64,000 nucleotides of DNA from a virus. Lineage: Duplodnaviria > Caudoviricetes. Shown here piece after piece: positions 26,126 to 35,176 of this stretch. Under the pieces are notes generated by a model. It saw only the letters and a program-made list of their open reading frames with translations, was not told the origin of the DNA and did no database searches. The DNA is taken from positions 1,367 through 65,366 of the IMG/VR virus record IMGVR_UViG_3300022666_000141. The stretch is one strand, 5' to 3'. Within the stretch, counting starts at the first letter, position 1; every line of letters begins with the position of its first letter. The translations under genes and the position numbers were made by a program.

Positions 26126-27595
26126 TTAATCCTCCCCCGGAGCAGAAGCAAACCTTCCACGTGCGTCGTGATATGGATTGAAATTGTCAATCGGCTCTTC
26201 TTTCGGAGCCGGGGACTTTTTTCCAGATTCCTCTCCTCCTGGTTCGATAGGCTCTTCGATTTCTTCAGGGGGATTCTCTTCAAGCAACTTCTCAATACGC
26301 TCCACCTGTTCCCTGGTGAACCCAACAACTTCTTCAAGGAAGAAGTTCTCGGGAACTACTGCTTCTATCCCTGGTGCATTGACATATGCTGCGATGGTTT
26401 CCGTGCGTGTCTTACTGACCGTCGCCTGTTCCTGATCACTCATGCTCCACAGATCAGGCCAATCTGCCTGATACCCATCCTTAGGTGTAGGAAGAATGCC
26501 AACCTCGATCAACCGATCAACAACAGGACGCAGGATGAACGGTTCTGCAAATTGAATACGTCGCTGCTCAATACGAGTCAACCAATTGCTCTCATCCTGC
26601 GTACTAGCCAACTCACCACGCTCAGAACCCACCAATATTCGCTTCGGGATGCCCGTATCCCCCGCTAACAAGTCAAGTTGAATATCAAGATAGTCCTTCG
26701 GACTGGAAATCAGATCAGGGGACAGATTCTGAACATCCATATTCTGAAGACGCATGTATCTTCTGAGCCCGTGAATATATTCGTCGATCTCTTCACCCAT
26801 AGCAATGGCTGTTTGAGAATCGAGTGTTGCCCCCTCTTTTGTACTGAACGCCTTGCCCCCCAATGCACCCTGCCAGAACATCTCGGCAGAACCACCAGCC
26901 AGTTTGTCAATATCTGACAAACGGTTGAAACATGATTCCATCCTGGGAAGGCCAAGTACATCGTTTTCAAGACATTCACCAGCAGTATGAATGACCCTGG
27001 TCCAATGCACCTTCGATTCCTTATACTCCCCAACTATACCGGGTCGAATGAGTTTGATGGAATACTTATTGGGACGGCCGTACCGAGGATTCTTCTCATC
27101 GATCTCCCACTCTACTATCTGACAATTCCCCTCATGATACGGTTGGAGATATATCAAATCACTCGCACGACCTTCGAGGGGTTCCGGCAAATTCTTGCCA
27201 TCGTTGAAACCCAACAATAGAATAGCATACTGTCCCATTCCCACCAACTTGTCGAACCTGTTGAGCTTGGCGATGATGTGGTGTTTCCTGTTAAGCTCTT
27301 TCCATTTCTTCTCGAACTCAGTCTCTTCATCCTCCTGATTTTCATAGACCGATACGTCACCGAACCACGTGGCATCGACCGGTGCATTAATAATTCGCTT
27401 GCCCAAACTGCCCCGACGATAAGTGAGCATGTAGTCCTGGAATATCAGATCTTTCTTGTAACCAAGAACAGAGTAAAGATCCCGATTACCTTGAAAAGTC
27501 TGTCCCAACAGTCCAGACAGCCTCATTCGAGATATTACTTCAGCGAGATTTCTCAATTGCAGAACGTTCAATTCACTCTTCTTGTCGTCACTCAT
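26126..27595 (-). CDS. Portal protein, DUF1073 family
   Basis: RIINAPVDATW, PRYGRP..Y, VHWTRVIH, GIPKRILVG..GELAS..DE.NW. Confidence 0.88.
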   Translation of the reverse strand: MSDDKKSELNVLQLRNLAEVISRMRLSGLLGQTFQGNRDLYSVLGYKKDLIFQDYMLTYRRGSLGKRIINAPVDATWFGDVSVYENQEDEETEFEKKWKELNRKHHIIAKLNRFDKLVGMGQYAILLLGFNDGKNLPEPLEGRASDLIYLQPYHEGNCQIVEWEIDEKNPRYGRPNKYSIKLIRPGIVGEYKESKVHWTRVIHTAGECLENDVLGLPRMESCFNRLSDIDKLAGGSAEMFWQGALGGKAFSTKEGATLDSQTAIAMGEEIDEYIHGLRRYMRLQNMDVQNLSPDLISSPKDYLDIQLDLLAGDTGIPKRILVGSERGELASTQDESNWLTRIEQRRIQFAEPFILRPVVDRLIEVGILPTPKDGYQADWPDLWSMSDQEQATVSKTRTETIAAYVNAPGIEAVVPENFFLEEVVGFTREQVERIEKLLEENPPEEIEEPIEPGGEESGKKSPAPKEEPIDNFNPYHDARGRFASAPGED

Positions 27596-27612
27596 ATGCG
27601 TTCTCCTTTAGT

Positions 27613-28353
27613 TTATCCTAACTTTGATTGAAATGGCTCGACAGTCAAACGTTCTGCACGAAAAGCCTTTGACCCCCACTTCCGATCGAAATACCGTTTA
27701 TTGACAACATGCAATTTTGCATAATCAGCGGGTTTGGACTTGGAATGAGCTTGGTGCATTACGACCAGATCGTCCCTTTCCACTATTCGAATGTCGTTAC
27801 TAAGTATTGTATTCCTGAAATCGTCGTCCTCGAAACAAACTCCTTTCGAATATTCTTCATCAAACCCACCAATCCTGTTATACGTTTCTTTCGAAAGGGC
27901 CGAACAAAAATGAACTTTCACAGACCGATGAACAGAGTGTTGATACCATTGTCTCGTTGGTATTCGACAAGCACATACAACGTACTGATCAGGATTCTGT
28001 TCAAACGCTTGGTCCAATCCTTCCAATACATTCGTCTCATGCAAACACTCAGGATTGGTGATTACCAAGAACTGTCCTTGTGCTCTACGAGCCAACTCAT
28101 TGAATGCTGTACTTGGGTTCCAACAATCCGATGTTCCCGTAATGATGGTTTGGATATTCAATACCGGAGAAAAGTTTCCAAGCACCTTCACCAAAGCAAG
28201 GTGTTCAATCTGATCCATCATATTCTTGTAATCTTCCCCGATAAGTATCTCATAGTCATTTCGACGATACAAATGCAAGAATGAGGAAAGAGTCACAGCT
28301 AGTTGTTGTGCTCGTTTATGAAAGGGCATAAGTAAACTATACTTCACAGACAT
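27613..28353 (-). CDS. Glycosyltransferase, GT2/GT7C-like
   Basis: YSLLMPF, IGGFDEEY..G..FEDDDF, HQAH. Confidence 0.8.
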   Translation of the reverse strand: MSVKYSLLMPFHKRAQQLAVTLSSFLHLYRRNDYEILIGEDYKNMMDQIEHLALVKVLGNFSPVLNIQTIITGTSDCWNPSTAFNELARRAQGQFLVITNPECLHETNVLEGLDQAFEQNPDQYVVCACRIPTRQWYQHSVHRSVKVHFCSALSKETYNRIGGFDEEYSKGVCFEDDDFRNTILSNDIRIVERDDLVVMHQAHSKSKPADYAKLHVVNKRYFDRKWGSKAFRAERLTVEPFQSKLG

Positions 28354-29153
28354 ATTTCAACCGCCTTTCGACAAATAGCATATTTATTCGCCATATCTTT
28401 GATATTGTCTTCGGTAACGTTTATTTCTCGTTTAGAACACTCAGGATTGCCGGCAAACCAATGATATCCTATACAATTAGGGTGTTTTGGCAATTCTATA
28501 TCGGTAAAATACTTCACCACATCCTGGTGTAAACGCCACGGGTAAACCAACGTATGATTGATGTATCCCGGTGCTATCCCATTCCACTTGAACAAGAACT
28601 TGTCAAGGAGATGGGCACCAAACGCTTGATAATCATTCTGAGGAATTCTGGAAAAACCGAAAGCAAACAACGAATGAAAAAACACCTTTCCCCAAGGCCC
28701 CCCACTTGTCAAAAACCCGATCGCCTGAAACAATTTGGTTCTATTGCCCGTTGCGGGGTACCTACAGAGCCCAATATCCGGCAATTCTTCCATCGTACTC
28801 TGCTTTACATGACTTGTATACAGGATGTCCATGTCTGACCATAGCCCACCGACTGTCCCTAGCAGATACCATCGAAGTAAATCAGACTTATGAACTTCGG
28901 GTGTGTTATTTGGAATTCCCAACATATCAAAATCAATTTCCTTGGTAACCAAACGTTCGAGATAATCAGGTCCCTGGTACGTATTTCCCTGTTCCCCACT
29001 CCCCCACGGCCGACGCCTGGAGATGACCTTCGGCACCCATACGTTTATCTCCCAATCAGGATTCAACATCTGAAAACTCTTGACCGTGAGATACCGCATG
29101 TATGACAGGGATTGGTTCTTTCCCCAGTAGAAGTGGACAATTTTAGGTATCAC
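28344..29153 (-). CDS. Glycosyltransferase, GT32-like (DxD sugar-binding)
   Basis: MIPKIVHFYW, SDLLRW..L...GGLWSDMD. Confidence 0.8.
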   Translation of the reverse strand: MIPKIVHFYWGKNQSLSYMRYLTVKSFQMLNPDWEINVWVPKVISRRRPWGSGEQGNTYQGPDYLERLVTKEIDFDMLGIPNNTPEVHKSDLLRWYLLGTVGGLWSDMDILYTSHVKQSTMEELPDIGLCRYPATGNRTKLFQAIGFLTSGGPWGKVFFHSLFAFGFSRIPQNDYQAFGAHLLDKFLFKWNGIAPGYINHTLVYPWRLHQDVVKYFTDIELPKHPNCIGYHWFAGNPECSKREINVTEDNIKDMANKYAICRKAVEICL

Positions 29154-29331
29154 GATTCAAGTCCTTAAGAATCTGTTTTTTGACTGCCAACGCTGAACAT
29201 TCCCAATTCGACTTAATCTTAACAGGCAATTCTTCCCATGTTGGCAGATACTCTCCTCGTATAGATACTCCTCCACACGATCTACAATAAGCTCTATATG
29301 CTGTTCTTGCCAGTTCTGTCACCGATGTCAT
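29143..29331 (-). CDS. Small hypothetical protein
   Basis: 62-aa ORF overlapping both neighbours (coupled). Confidence 0.55.
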   Translation of the reverse strand: MTSVTELARTAYRAYCRSCGGVSIRGEYLPTWEELPVKIKSNWECSALAVKKQILKDLNRDT

Positions 29332-30314
29332 ACGAACTCCTTATGATCAATATCAGACAACAGTCCCTTCAATACACGGTTATAAGCACCATAATAACAC
29401 GTTACACAAGCCTTGGCTCCTTGGAACGGTTTGTTTCTCTTGCCAGAGGTAAAATTCCAAATCGTCCCCAAACACAATTCTTTAGGGAAATTCTTGGTTG
29501 GGGAGGGTAAAGCATACTGAACACCACAACAAGCATAGACTTTCAGATCAGGTGTCACAACAGGTTTCAAATAACAGATATAACAGTCCTGTTCTTTCTC
29601 AGGATTCGCTCGAGCCTGAAAGATAACAGGAACTGTGCACAGTTCCAAGTAATCTTCAAGTTCTTTCTCAACTTCCTGCATCGGGACTTCATCGGCGCAC
29701 AGAAGATCGGCAACAAACCGTATATGCGTTGCCTTCAAAGCCATAGCAAGGGCAATCGTTTGTTTGATGCGTTCTATATTCGGATTCTTGGATACTACGT
29801 AGCTGATTGCCCACCCAATATGACGTGTTAAGGAAACCAGTTGTAGCAAATTAGCGACATGATCCTGGGAAAACTCATCCCGATCGTCTCCATAACTGAT
29901 ACGACACCAGGACAACGTATTAAGACTAAATGCCTTGTTAGGGTGCAGAAGCAGCCCATTCGTTACTAACCCAGTCTTGATTTCCTTCCAGTAAGCGAAT
30001 TCAAGAAGGTTTTGTAGATATGGGTACGTCATGGGTTCACCGCCACCCGTTATCGTCATTCCAACGGTGCCATGAGCAGCCAGGAGATCCACGGCTCGCA
30101 CCATATCACGAAGAGACATTTCCTGCGTACGATCTTCGTTTGCACAGGAACAGAACGAACAATTCAAATTACACTTGTTTGTAGGGATGAACTGAACGTG
30201 TCTCGGTGGTATACTCCTTGTTCTAACAATACTAGCAATCGTTTTATGATCCTGCAACAACTTATACGGGATCGAATCCGCAGAAGTATACGACGTAACC
30301 GCATCGGCCATCAC
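29328..30314 (-). CDS. Radical SAM enzyme with C-terminal SPASM/twitch-like Cys
   Basis: CNLNCSFC, TGGGEP, VTNG, C-terminal CYIC...CC...CVTCY. Confidence 0.85.
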   Translation of the reverse strand: MMADAVTSYTSADSIPYKLLQDHKTIASIVRTRSIPPRHVQFIPTNKCNLNCSFCSCANEDRTQEMSLRDMVRAVDLLAAHGTVGMTITGGGEPMTYPYLQNLLEFAYWKEIKTGLVTNGLLLHPNKAFSLNTLSWCRISYGDDRDEFSQDHVANLLQLVSLTRHIGWAISYVVSKNPNIERIKQTIALAMALKATHIRFVADLLCADEVPMQEVEKELEDYLELCTVPVIFQARANPEKEQDCYICYLKPVVTPDLKVYACCGVQYALPSPTKNFPKELCLGTIWNFTSGKRNKPFQGAKACVTCYYGAYNRVLKGLLSDIDHKEFV

Positions 30315-30877
30315 ACTCTCCTTTTATAACGTCGACTGGCTTGATAATGACAAATCACCGGTTCTATATTCCCATACACCCTTGGACTAAGATCGTATAT
30401 CCACGTAAACTGGGGTGGTAATCGACAAAAATTAATCAAGCCACGTCTTCTCTCCACCACAGACTGTAACGTTCTCTGATCCCACTTCTTTGAGTTCTTT
30501 CTGTTCTCATGGGCCCAATCCGCTAACAACAAAACAGTTCGAACCGTTGGGTTGACCCATAACGTACCCGATAACAGTTCCCGGCCTCTGAAATAGTGTG
30601 CAGCAAAATCAATATTCACGTAGTCTATCAGAACAGGAAACTGTTTGAACCGAGCATCAGAATCCACATACAAGAATGGCTTTCTGTTCAGATCAGCCAC
30701 GGCTCTCAGTAGGATTTGAGCTTTTTCCTGACAATTCGCTTCCCACGAACCTTTATTCTTGACAGGATACACAACGACTTCCCGAATACCAACTTCCCTG
30801 GCAGAGGCCGCCATCAACCGAACTTCGTCCTCGTAAGGAGTGTCAACGGTATAGAAACTCACCACAGGGACCATCAC
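30311..30877 (-). CDS. Nucleotide-diphospho-sugar transferase-like (GT77/GT8-like)
   Basis: K...L...FLYVDSDA, SGTLWV, WDQRTLQ. Confidence 0.7.
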   Translation of the reverse strand: MMVPVVSFYTVDTPYEDEVRLMAASAREVGIREVVVYPVKNKGSWEANCQEKAQILLRAVADLNRKPFLYVDSDARFKQFPVLIDYVNIDFAAHYFRGRELLSGTLWVNPTVRTVLLLADWAHENRKNSKKWDQRTLQSVVERRRGLINFCRLPPQFTWIYDLSPRVYGNIEPVICHYQASRRYKRRV

Positions 30878-31116
30878 CAGCCTCTTTCTGCATCAAGGTA
30901 TGGGCGACGCCACACATCCCAATTACTATCCTCAGCTATTTCAACCAAGTAATACTTTTTCAGCTCGAGTATGTCCCGTGACATTTCAGGATAGAACTCA
31001 CAACGGACTATGGCAATCTCGTTTACTTCAAGAATCAATTCCGCTTTCCTGCAATGTTTGGGGAGGCCAAGAGCCCTGATAAGCACTTGCGCCATACTGT
31101 CAGAAAAAACGGCCAT
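30874..31116 (-). CDS. Hypothetical protein
   Basis: Start reassigned to MAVFSDS after AGGAGG. Confidence 0.55.
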   Translation of the reverse strand: MAVFSDSMAQVLIRALGLPKHCRKAELILEVNEIAIVRCEFYPEMSRDILELKKYYLVEIAEDSNWDVWRRPYLDAERGW

Positions 31117-31127
31117 TACAATACCTC

Positions 31128-31289
31128 CTATCCAAAACAGTAAGAACAACGACGATATGTTTTCCCAACAAGGTCCGAAGATGTGATCTCTACTATCCCA
31201 TTAGTTTTAGTGACGACTGGACATTTCGCAGAATTATGTATTGTCATGTTGCCACGTTTGAAATTACGTATGCTAACATAATATGTCAT
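31128..31289 (-). CDS. Small putative Zn-binding protein (53 aa, not in ORF track)
   Basis: MTYYVSIRNFKRGNMTIHNSAKCP...RRCSYCFG; ATGA overlap with the terL stop. Confidence 0.55.
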   Translation of the reverse strand: MTYYVSIRNFKRGNMTIHNSAKCPVVTKTNGIVEITSSDLVGKTYRRCSYCFG

Positions 31290-32833
31290 GATCTCCCCCA
31301 CACCCCTGCTTTCTTACCACTAACGGCCATCTTGTTGAAACCACCAGCGGCCGCGTCAATTTGGTCTTTCCACTTACCGAATGGGAACAGTCGAGCTTCA
31401 TCGATAAAATCCTTATTCCAGGCACCCTCGAGCATCGCCACCCTGCCCCAGTTTACCTGAACAGAGAACGGGTCTGCTCGAACAACTTTATTACCCGTTG
31501 GGTTTTCTGCATATATTGAAAAACCGGATAAGTTGCGAATTGTACCTTGTGCAGACTCTTTGCCACCCGACCCTGGTTCTTGCTCTATCCATATCGTAAC
31601 ATCATGACCGTCAAGCTGGGCTGTTTGTTTGATGATCCGCTCACGTTCTTCAGCTTCCCACTGCCCTCTTACCACATCAAGAATGATATAATCCCAACAG
31701 TACCCGGGTTGCAACTTGGCAATCTTAACCCCAGCAGTATGTGCTGAGCCGGGGTTTGTATCCGTATCAGTTCCTGCTTTATCCCAATATCGAACTTGTT
31801 GTACAATTACACTGGAAGGGACCGAATCGACGATTTTAATCATGTCGACCTTGAACATACCACCTTCTGGTGGAGTGGGGTGTTGGCTGATTTGCCCAGC
31901 ATACCCATACTGCCCAAGGTCAGCTTCAAGTTCTTTCAATACTGTTGGTCCCATGCGTTTAGGATCAAGAAGATTGTTAGTATAACATAATTGCAAACAT
32001 GAAGGACTGACACGATCCCGGTTCTTAGGAGTATTCAACTCGCCAGGCAAACAGATATGCCGTATTCGTTTCTTTCCTGATTTTTTCTTCTCAAGTAGAA
32101 TTCCAGATGGATCTTCTTCGGCCAGTCTCTGCATAACAACAATGGTAGGGGTTATCTCTTTATTGATCTTACGAGTGGAAAGGGTTTGTTCCATCCAGTG
32201 ATTTGCTGATTTCAATTCAACGGTTGACGCCGCCTTCTTGGGATTGAGTGGGTCATCTATGATTATGATGTGAGCGTGCATACCTGTCACGGTTCCACCC
32301 ACCGATGTGCTGTATCGCGATCCTCGACTGTTGTTGTGATAACTACCTTTGGCATCTTTGTCAGGGCGAATTTGCATATCTGGGAAATAGTGTTTAAACT
32401 TCTGACATTTTATCAAATCTCTGGAAACGTCTGAATGTTCTAACGACAAGTCTCCAGAATATGAACCGTTGATGAATTTCAATGTGGGATCGTTGACCCA
32501 ACACCATACAGGGAACATGACAGTAAATATTCTCGATTTGGAAGTACCCGGAGGAACATTGGCAACGAGATCGTATTCTTTTGGCAATCGATTGAATACT
32601 CGTCTCGCAACCACTTCAAGCTCTATGCAGAATACAGTCAGGTGCCAGTTCCATATCAAAGGCTCAGTATCTATCTCATCCCAGAATGTTCTTACAAAGA
32701 ATGAGAAGTCCCGGCGACACTTTTCAGCCCTGACCAGTTCAGGATGCTGCATAGCGTATTGATACTGTTTTGGCAACTTCTGTGTTTTCTGAGGTGTAAT
32801 CTGCATATTCCTACGATCCAGTTCCTCATACAA
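31286..32833 (-). CDS. terL: Terminase large subunit
   Basis: NVPPGTSKS (Walker A), IIIIDDP (Walker B), VVMQRL, nuclease YWDKA and DQIDA. Confidence 0.93.
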   Translation of the reverse strand: MYEELDRRNMQITPQKTQKLPKQYQYAMQHPELVRAEKCRRDFSFFVRTFWDEIDTEPLIWNWHLTVFCIELEVVARRVFNRLPKEYDLVANVPPGTSKSRIFTVMFPVWCWVNDPTLKFINGSYSGDLSLEHSDVSRDLIKCQKFKHYFPDMQIRPDKDAKGSYHNNSRGSRYSTSVGGTVTGMHAHIIIIDDPLNPKKAASTVELKSANHWMEQTLSTRKINKEITPTIVVMQRLAEEDPSGILLEKKKSGKKRIRHICLPGELNTPKNRDRVSPSCLQLCYTNNLLDPKRMGPTVLKELEADLGQYGYAGQISQHPTPPEGGMFKVDMIKIVDSVPSSVIVQQVRYWDKAGTDTDTNPGSAHTAGVKIAKLQPGYCWDYIILDVVRGQWEAEERERIIKQTAQLDGHDVTIWIEQEPGSGGKESAQGTIRNLSGFSIYAENPTGNKVVRADPFSVQVNWGRVAMLEGAWNKDFIDEARLFPFGKWKDQIDAAAGGFNKMAVSGKKAGVWGRS

Positions 32834-32881
32834 TCGATTTTTGAAACCTTCCGAAGCCTAGTATATTCGGAAGGAAATGTC

Positions 32882-33586
32882 CTACTCAGAATCTTGTGCA
32901 GGTGTGTCTAAGTCTTCCGTCAATGTCAGGAGCGCATTCAATTTCTCTTCTGATAGATTACTTAAATCAAGATGGTGTGTTATTTCGGAAGGTATCAGGT
33001 TACTGCCATCGGGGTTGGAAAAGGTTTTCTTCTCAACTAAGAGACCTAGATACTTCATCAGGGTCTCAATACTACCCTTCTTGTCCCAGAGTCGAATTTT
33101 CTTGACCGTGTATGATTCAGCGTCTTCACCACGGCCCTCTTTTCTAATCTCTACTTCCAAACTACTTATCGCTGCAGCTACGTGTCTCGGTAATTCCTGT
33201 ATGGGAATGAGTCTACCGTCCTCATCGAACAGGTCCTGGGAATTAACCATCGCAATCTTTGCCATCTCCTGAACCATACTCTCAGCGTCGATATCCACCT
33301 TCTGCAACTTCTCTTCAAGGAGTAATTCTATCCTCGCCCTATGCTTCTCTAGAAGTCCGGGGCCAGTTACCTGAGCACTCCTCGGACTGTACCCGGCTCG
33401 TATGGCTGCTTGGGTTGCGTTACAGTCTTTCAGGTACTCACGGACGAACTTACGTTGTTTATAGTCAGGGCCACCGTCGAGTGTATTCTGAGCTCGACCT
33501 TTCACGGTACGTTTGGTTCGAACGTTGGCCATCCGTTCTTTCATTGGATCGTGGTCTGTATTGGGTAGTCCTGTTGTGCGTGTCAT
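32882..33586 (-). CDS. terS: Terminase small subunit
   Basis: QRKFVREYLKDCNATQAAIRAGYS (Terminase_2 HTH) and IRLWDK..SIETLMKYLG. Confidence 0.92.
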   Translation of the reverse strand: MTRTTGLPNTDHDPMKERMANVRTKRTVKGRAQNTLDGGPDYKQRKFVREYLKDCNATQAAIRAGYSPRSAQVTGPGLLEKHRARIELLLEEKLQKVDIDAESMVQEMAKIAMVNSQDLFDEDGRLIPIQELPRHVAAAISSLEVEIRKEGRGEDAESYTVKKIRLWDKKGSIETLMKYLGLLVEKKTFSNPDGSNLIPSEITHHLDLSNLSEEKLNALLTLTEDLDTPAQDSE

Positions 33587-33682
33587 GGTTTTCTATTCCT
33601 TATCGAATTGGACGTTGCGACTTTGTATTATATTGATGCGTTGAGGAAGGGGTCAAATTTTTTTTGAAATATTCGAAAAAAA

Positions 33683-33738
33683 CTATTGAACTATTTAGTA
33701 TATCTATTATATATAATGTATATAGATTTTTTAGACAA
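33683..33738 (-). promoter_or_regulatory. Putative promoter for the terminase operon with the same 17-bp box
   Basis: Minus strand TTGTCT-17-TATATA followed by ACTAAATAGTTCAATAG. On the plus strand the same box contains TTGAAC with a TATA(A/T) downstream. Confidence 0.55.
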
Positions 33739-34204
33739 AGAGGAGGACGATAAAATTCCTTCCTACGCCGGTTTTGAGGTAGGATGACAGAGACAGCAGA
33801 TGGCGGGAGCCCACAGCAGGGTTGTTTTTCGGGCTAGGGTATTTTTGGAGGTGCAAACTAGGGAGAGTAGGTCCCATGCCACCAACTAGAATTCCTCCAC
33901 CACTCCCAGGCAACCACCCACCAGTCAGTCGCAGATATTTTTGTAGATGTTGCAGGTCGATGGAATTCCTTCCTGTAAATTCTCCCTTCAGTATTCGTCA
34001 ACTAATCACATCGTAGTCAATCGTGATACGGCACCACGGAATAGGGTAAGAGACAGGAATGCAAATAAGTCGGTTTCAAGTAACACCGTCGAGAGACGGG
34101 GCCAATTAGAACTGGACGAAAGGAATGGATCGGCTGCATTGCACTACTTTTAGAGGATCGAATGTTCTTGCCAACGACCACAACGTGATAAAGGAGACAA
34201 GAAC

Positions 34205-34648
34205 ATGGAACGCAAAACATACGAAATTCGCATTGACACCTCGAACATGATAGAAGGCAATAAGAAGTATTATATTCGAGCTGGTCAACCTTTTCAGTAC
34301 CTCACGGACAATATGACATACAAGGAAGCTCAGAAGGTTGCCAAATCGATGCGGCAATTAGGTTTGACCGTGGTTGACAAGGTGCTTGAAACTCCCACCG
34401 TAACAAACCCGGCATTGCTGCTCACGGAACTCGAAAGAGATTGGCTGAACGCATTCGCAGAAGGTGACTGTATGTATGTTTGTCACATCGAGGCATACAC
34501 GAAAAAAAACAAGAGCCGGCAGATAAGCGGTGTCGTTAGTTCGTTAAGTAAGAAGAAGTTGTTGGTGGTTGAGAAATATGATGGACTGGAAATCAACACT
34601 CTTACAAACACTGGCATCGAGATCGTCAAACAGTTGCGCGGCAAATAA
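34205..34648 (+). CDS. Hypothetical early protein, possible C-terminal winged helix
   Basis: AAGGAG RBS; QISGVVSSLSKKKLL...LTNTG resembles a wHTH. Confidence 0.6.
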   Translation: MERKTYEIRIDTSNMIEGNKKYYIRAGQPFQYLTDNMTYKEAQKVAKSMRQLGLTVVDKVLETPTVTNPALLLTELERDWLNAFAEGDCMYVCHIEAYTKKNKSRQISGVVSSLSKKKLLVVEKYDGLEINTLTNTGIEIVKQLRGK

Positions 34649-34692
34649 TAATCAATGCAAAACATTCGATCCTGTAATGGTAGTGCAATCCA

Positions 34693-34713
34693 ACCCCATA
34701 GGGACAAAGGAGG
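34693..34713 (+). repeat. 21-bp leader repeat, copy 1 (ACCCCATAGGGACAAAGGAGG)
   Basis: Identical to 36958-36978; includes an SD sequence. Confidence 0.85.
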
Positions 34714-34721
34714 AACACATC

Positions 34722-34922
34722 ATGGCACATTATTGTCCAGTCTGCGGAGTTCAAGAAGCATCGTACGAAGAAGTTCAGGTTTTTGAGGATATGTTCGAAC
34801 TGTTTCCAATTCATTCTTGTGTTCACGATCTTCCACCCATGCCAATGCGTCTCTGCTCTAACGGTGACGTATTAACAGACACTTGGTACTCATCTTTACG
34901 ACGGGAAGGAGTAAACAAATGA
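34722..34922 (+). CDS. Small hypothetical protein with CPVC
   Basis: Start MAHYCPVCG directly after the repeat/RBS. Confidence 0.55.
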   Translation: MAHYCPVCGVQEASYEEVQVFEDMFELFPIHSCVHDLPPMPMRLCSNGDVLTDTWYSSLRREGVNK

Positions 34923-35092
34923 AATGTTCCTGTCACGACAAACCAATGAAAAAATGCCCAAGATGTGGAACATGGACTTGTATGGAACCGACAAGACTTG
35001 GATGGGGACCGGCCCTCTGTCCTGAATGCAATAATGATGTAGCCTGGAGTGACGCCGGAACTATTAACTTAGCAGAAATAGAGTTGGCCTGA
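34919..35092 (+). CDS. Small Cys-rich Zn-finger protein
   Basis: CSCH..CPRC..C...CPEC; ATGA-coupled. Confidence 0.55.
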   Translation: MKCSCHDKPMKKCPRCGTWTCMEPTRLGWGPALCPECNNDVAWSDAGTINLAEIELA

Positions 35093-35176
35093 AAGTGGTT
35101 GCATCGATATGACCTGTTCCCGTTGTGGTTATAACATACACCACACTCTTTACTAAACAAACAGAAAGGATGTGCG

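Noticed and set aside
26126-27595. Anti-CBASS Acb1 annotation for the DUF1073 protein
   Set aside because: No 2H-phosphoesterase HxT motifs seen; size and synteny fit a plain portal.
34055-34142. c-di-GMP-I riboswitch or hammerhead ribozyme
   Set aside because: The conserved CGCAAAGC and CUGANGA cores are absent; kept only as an unassigned structure candidate.
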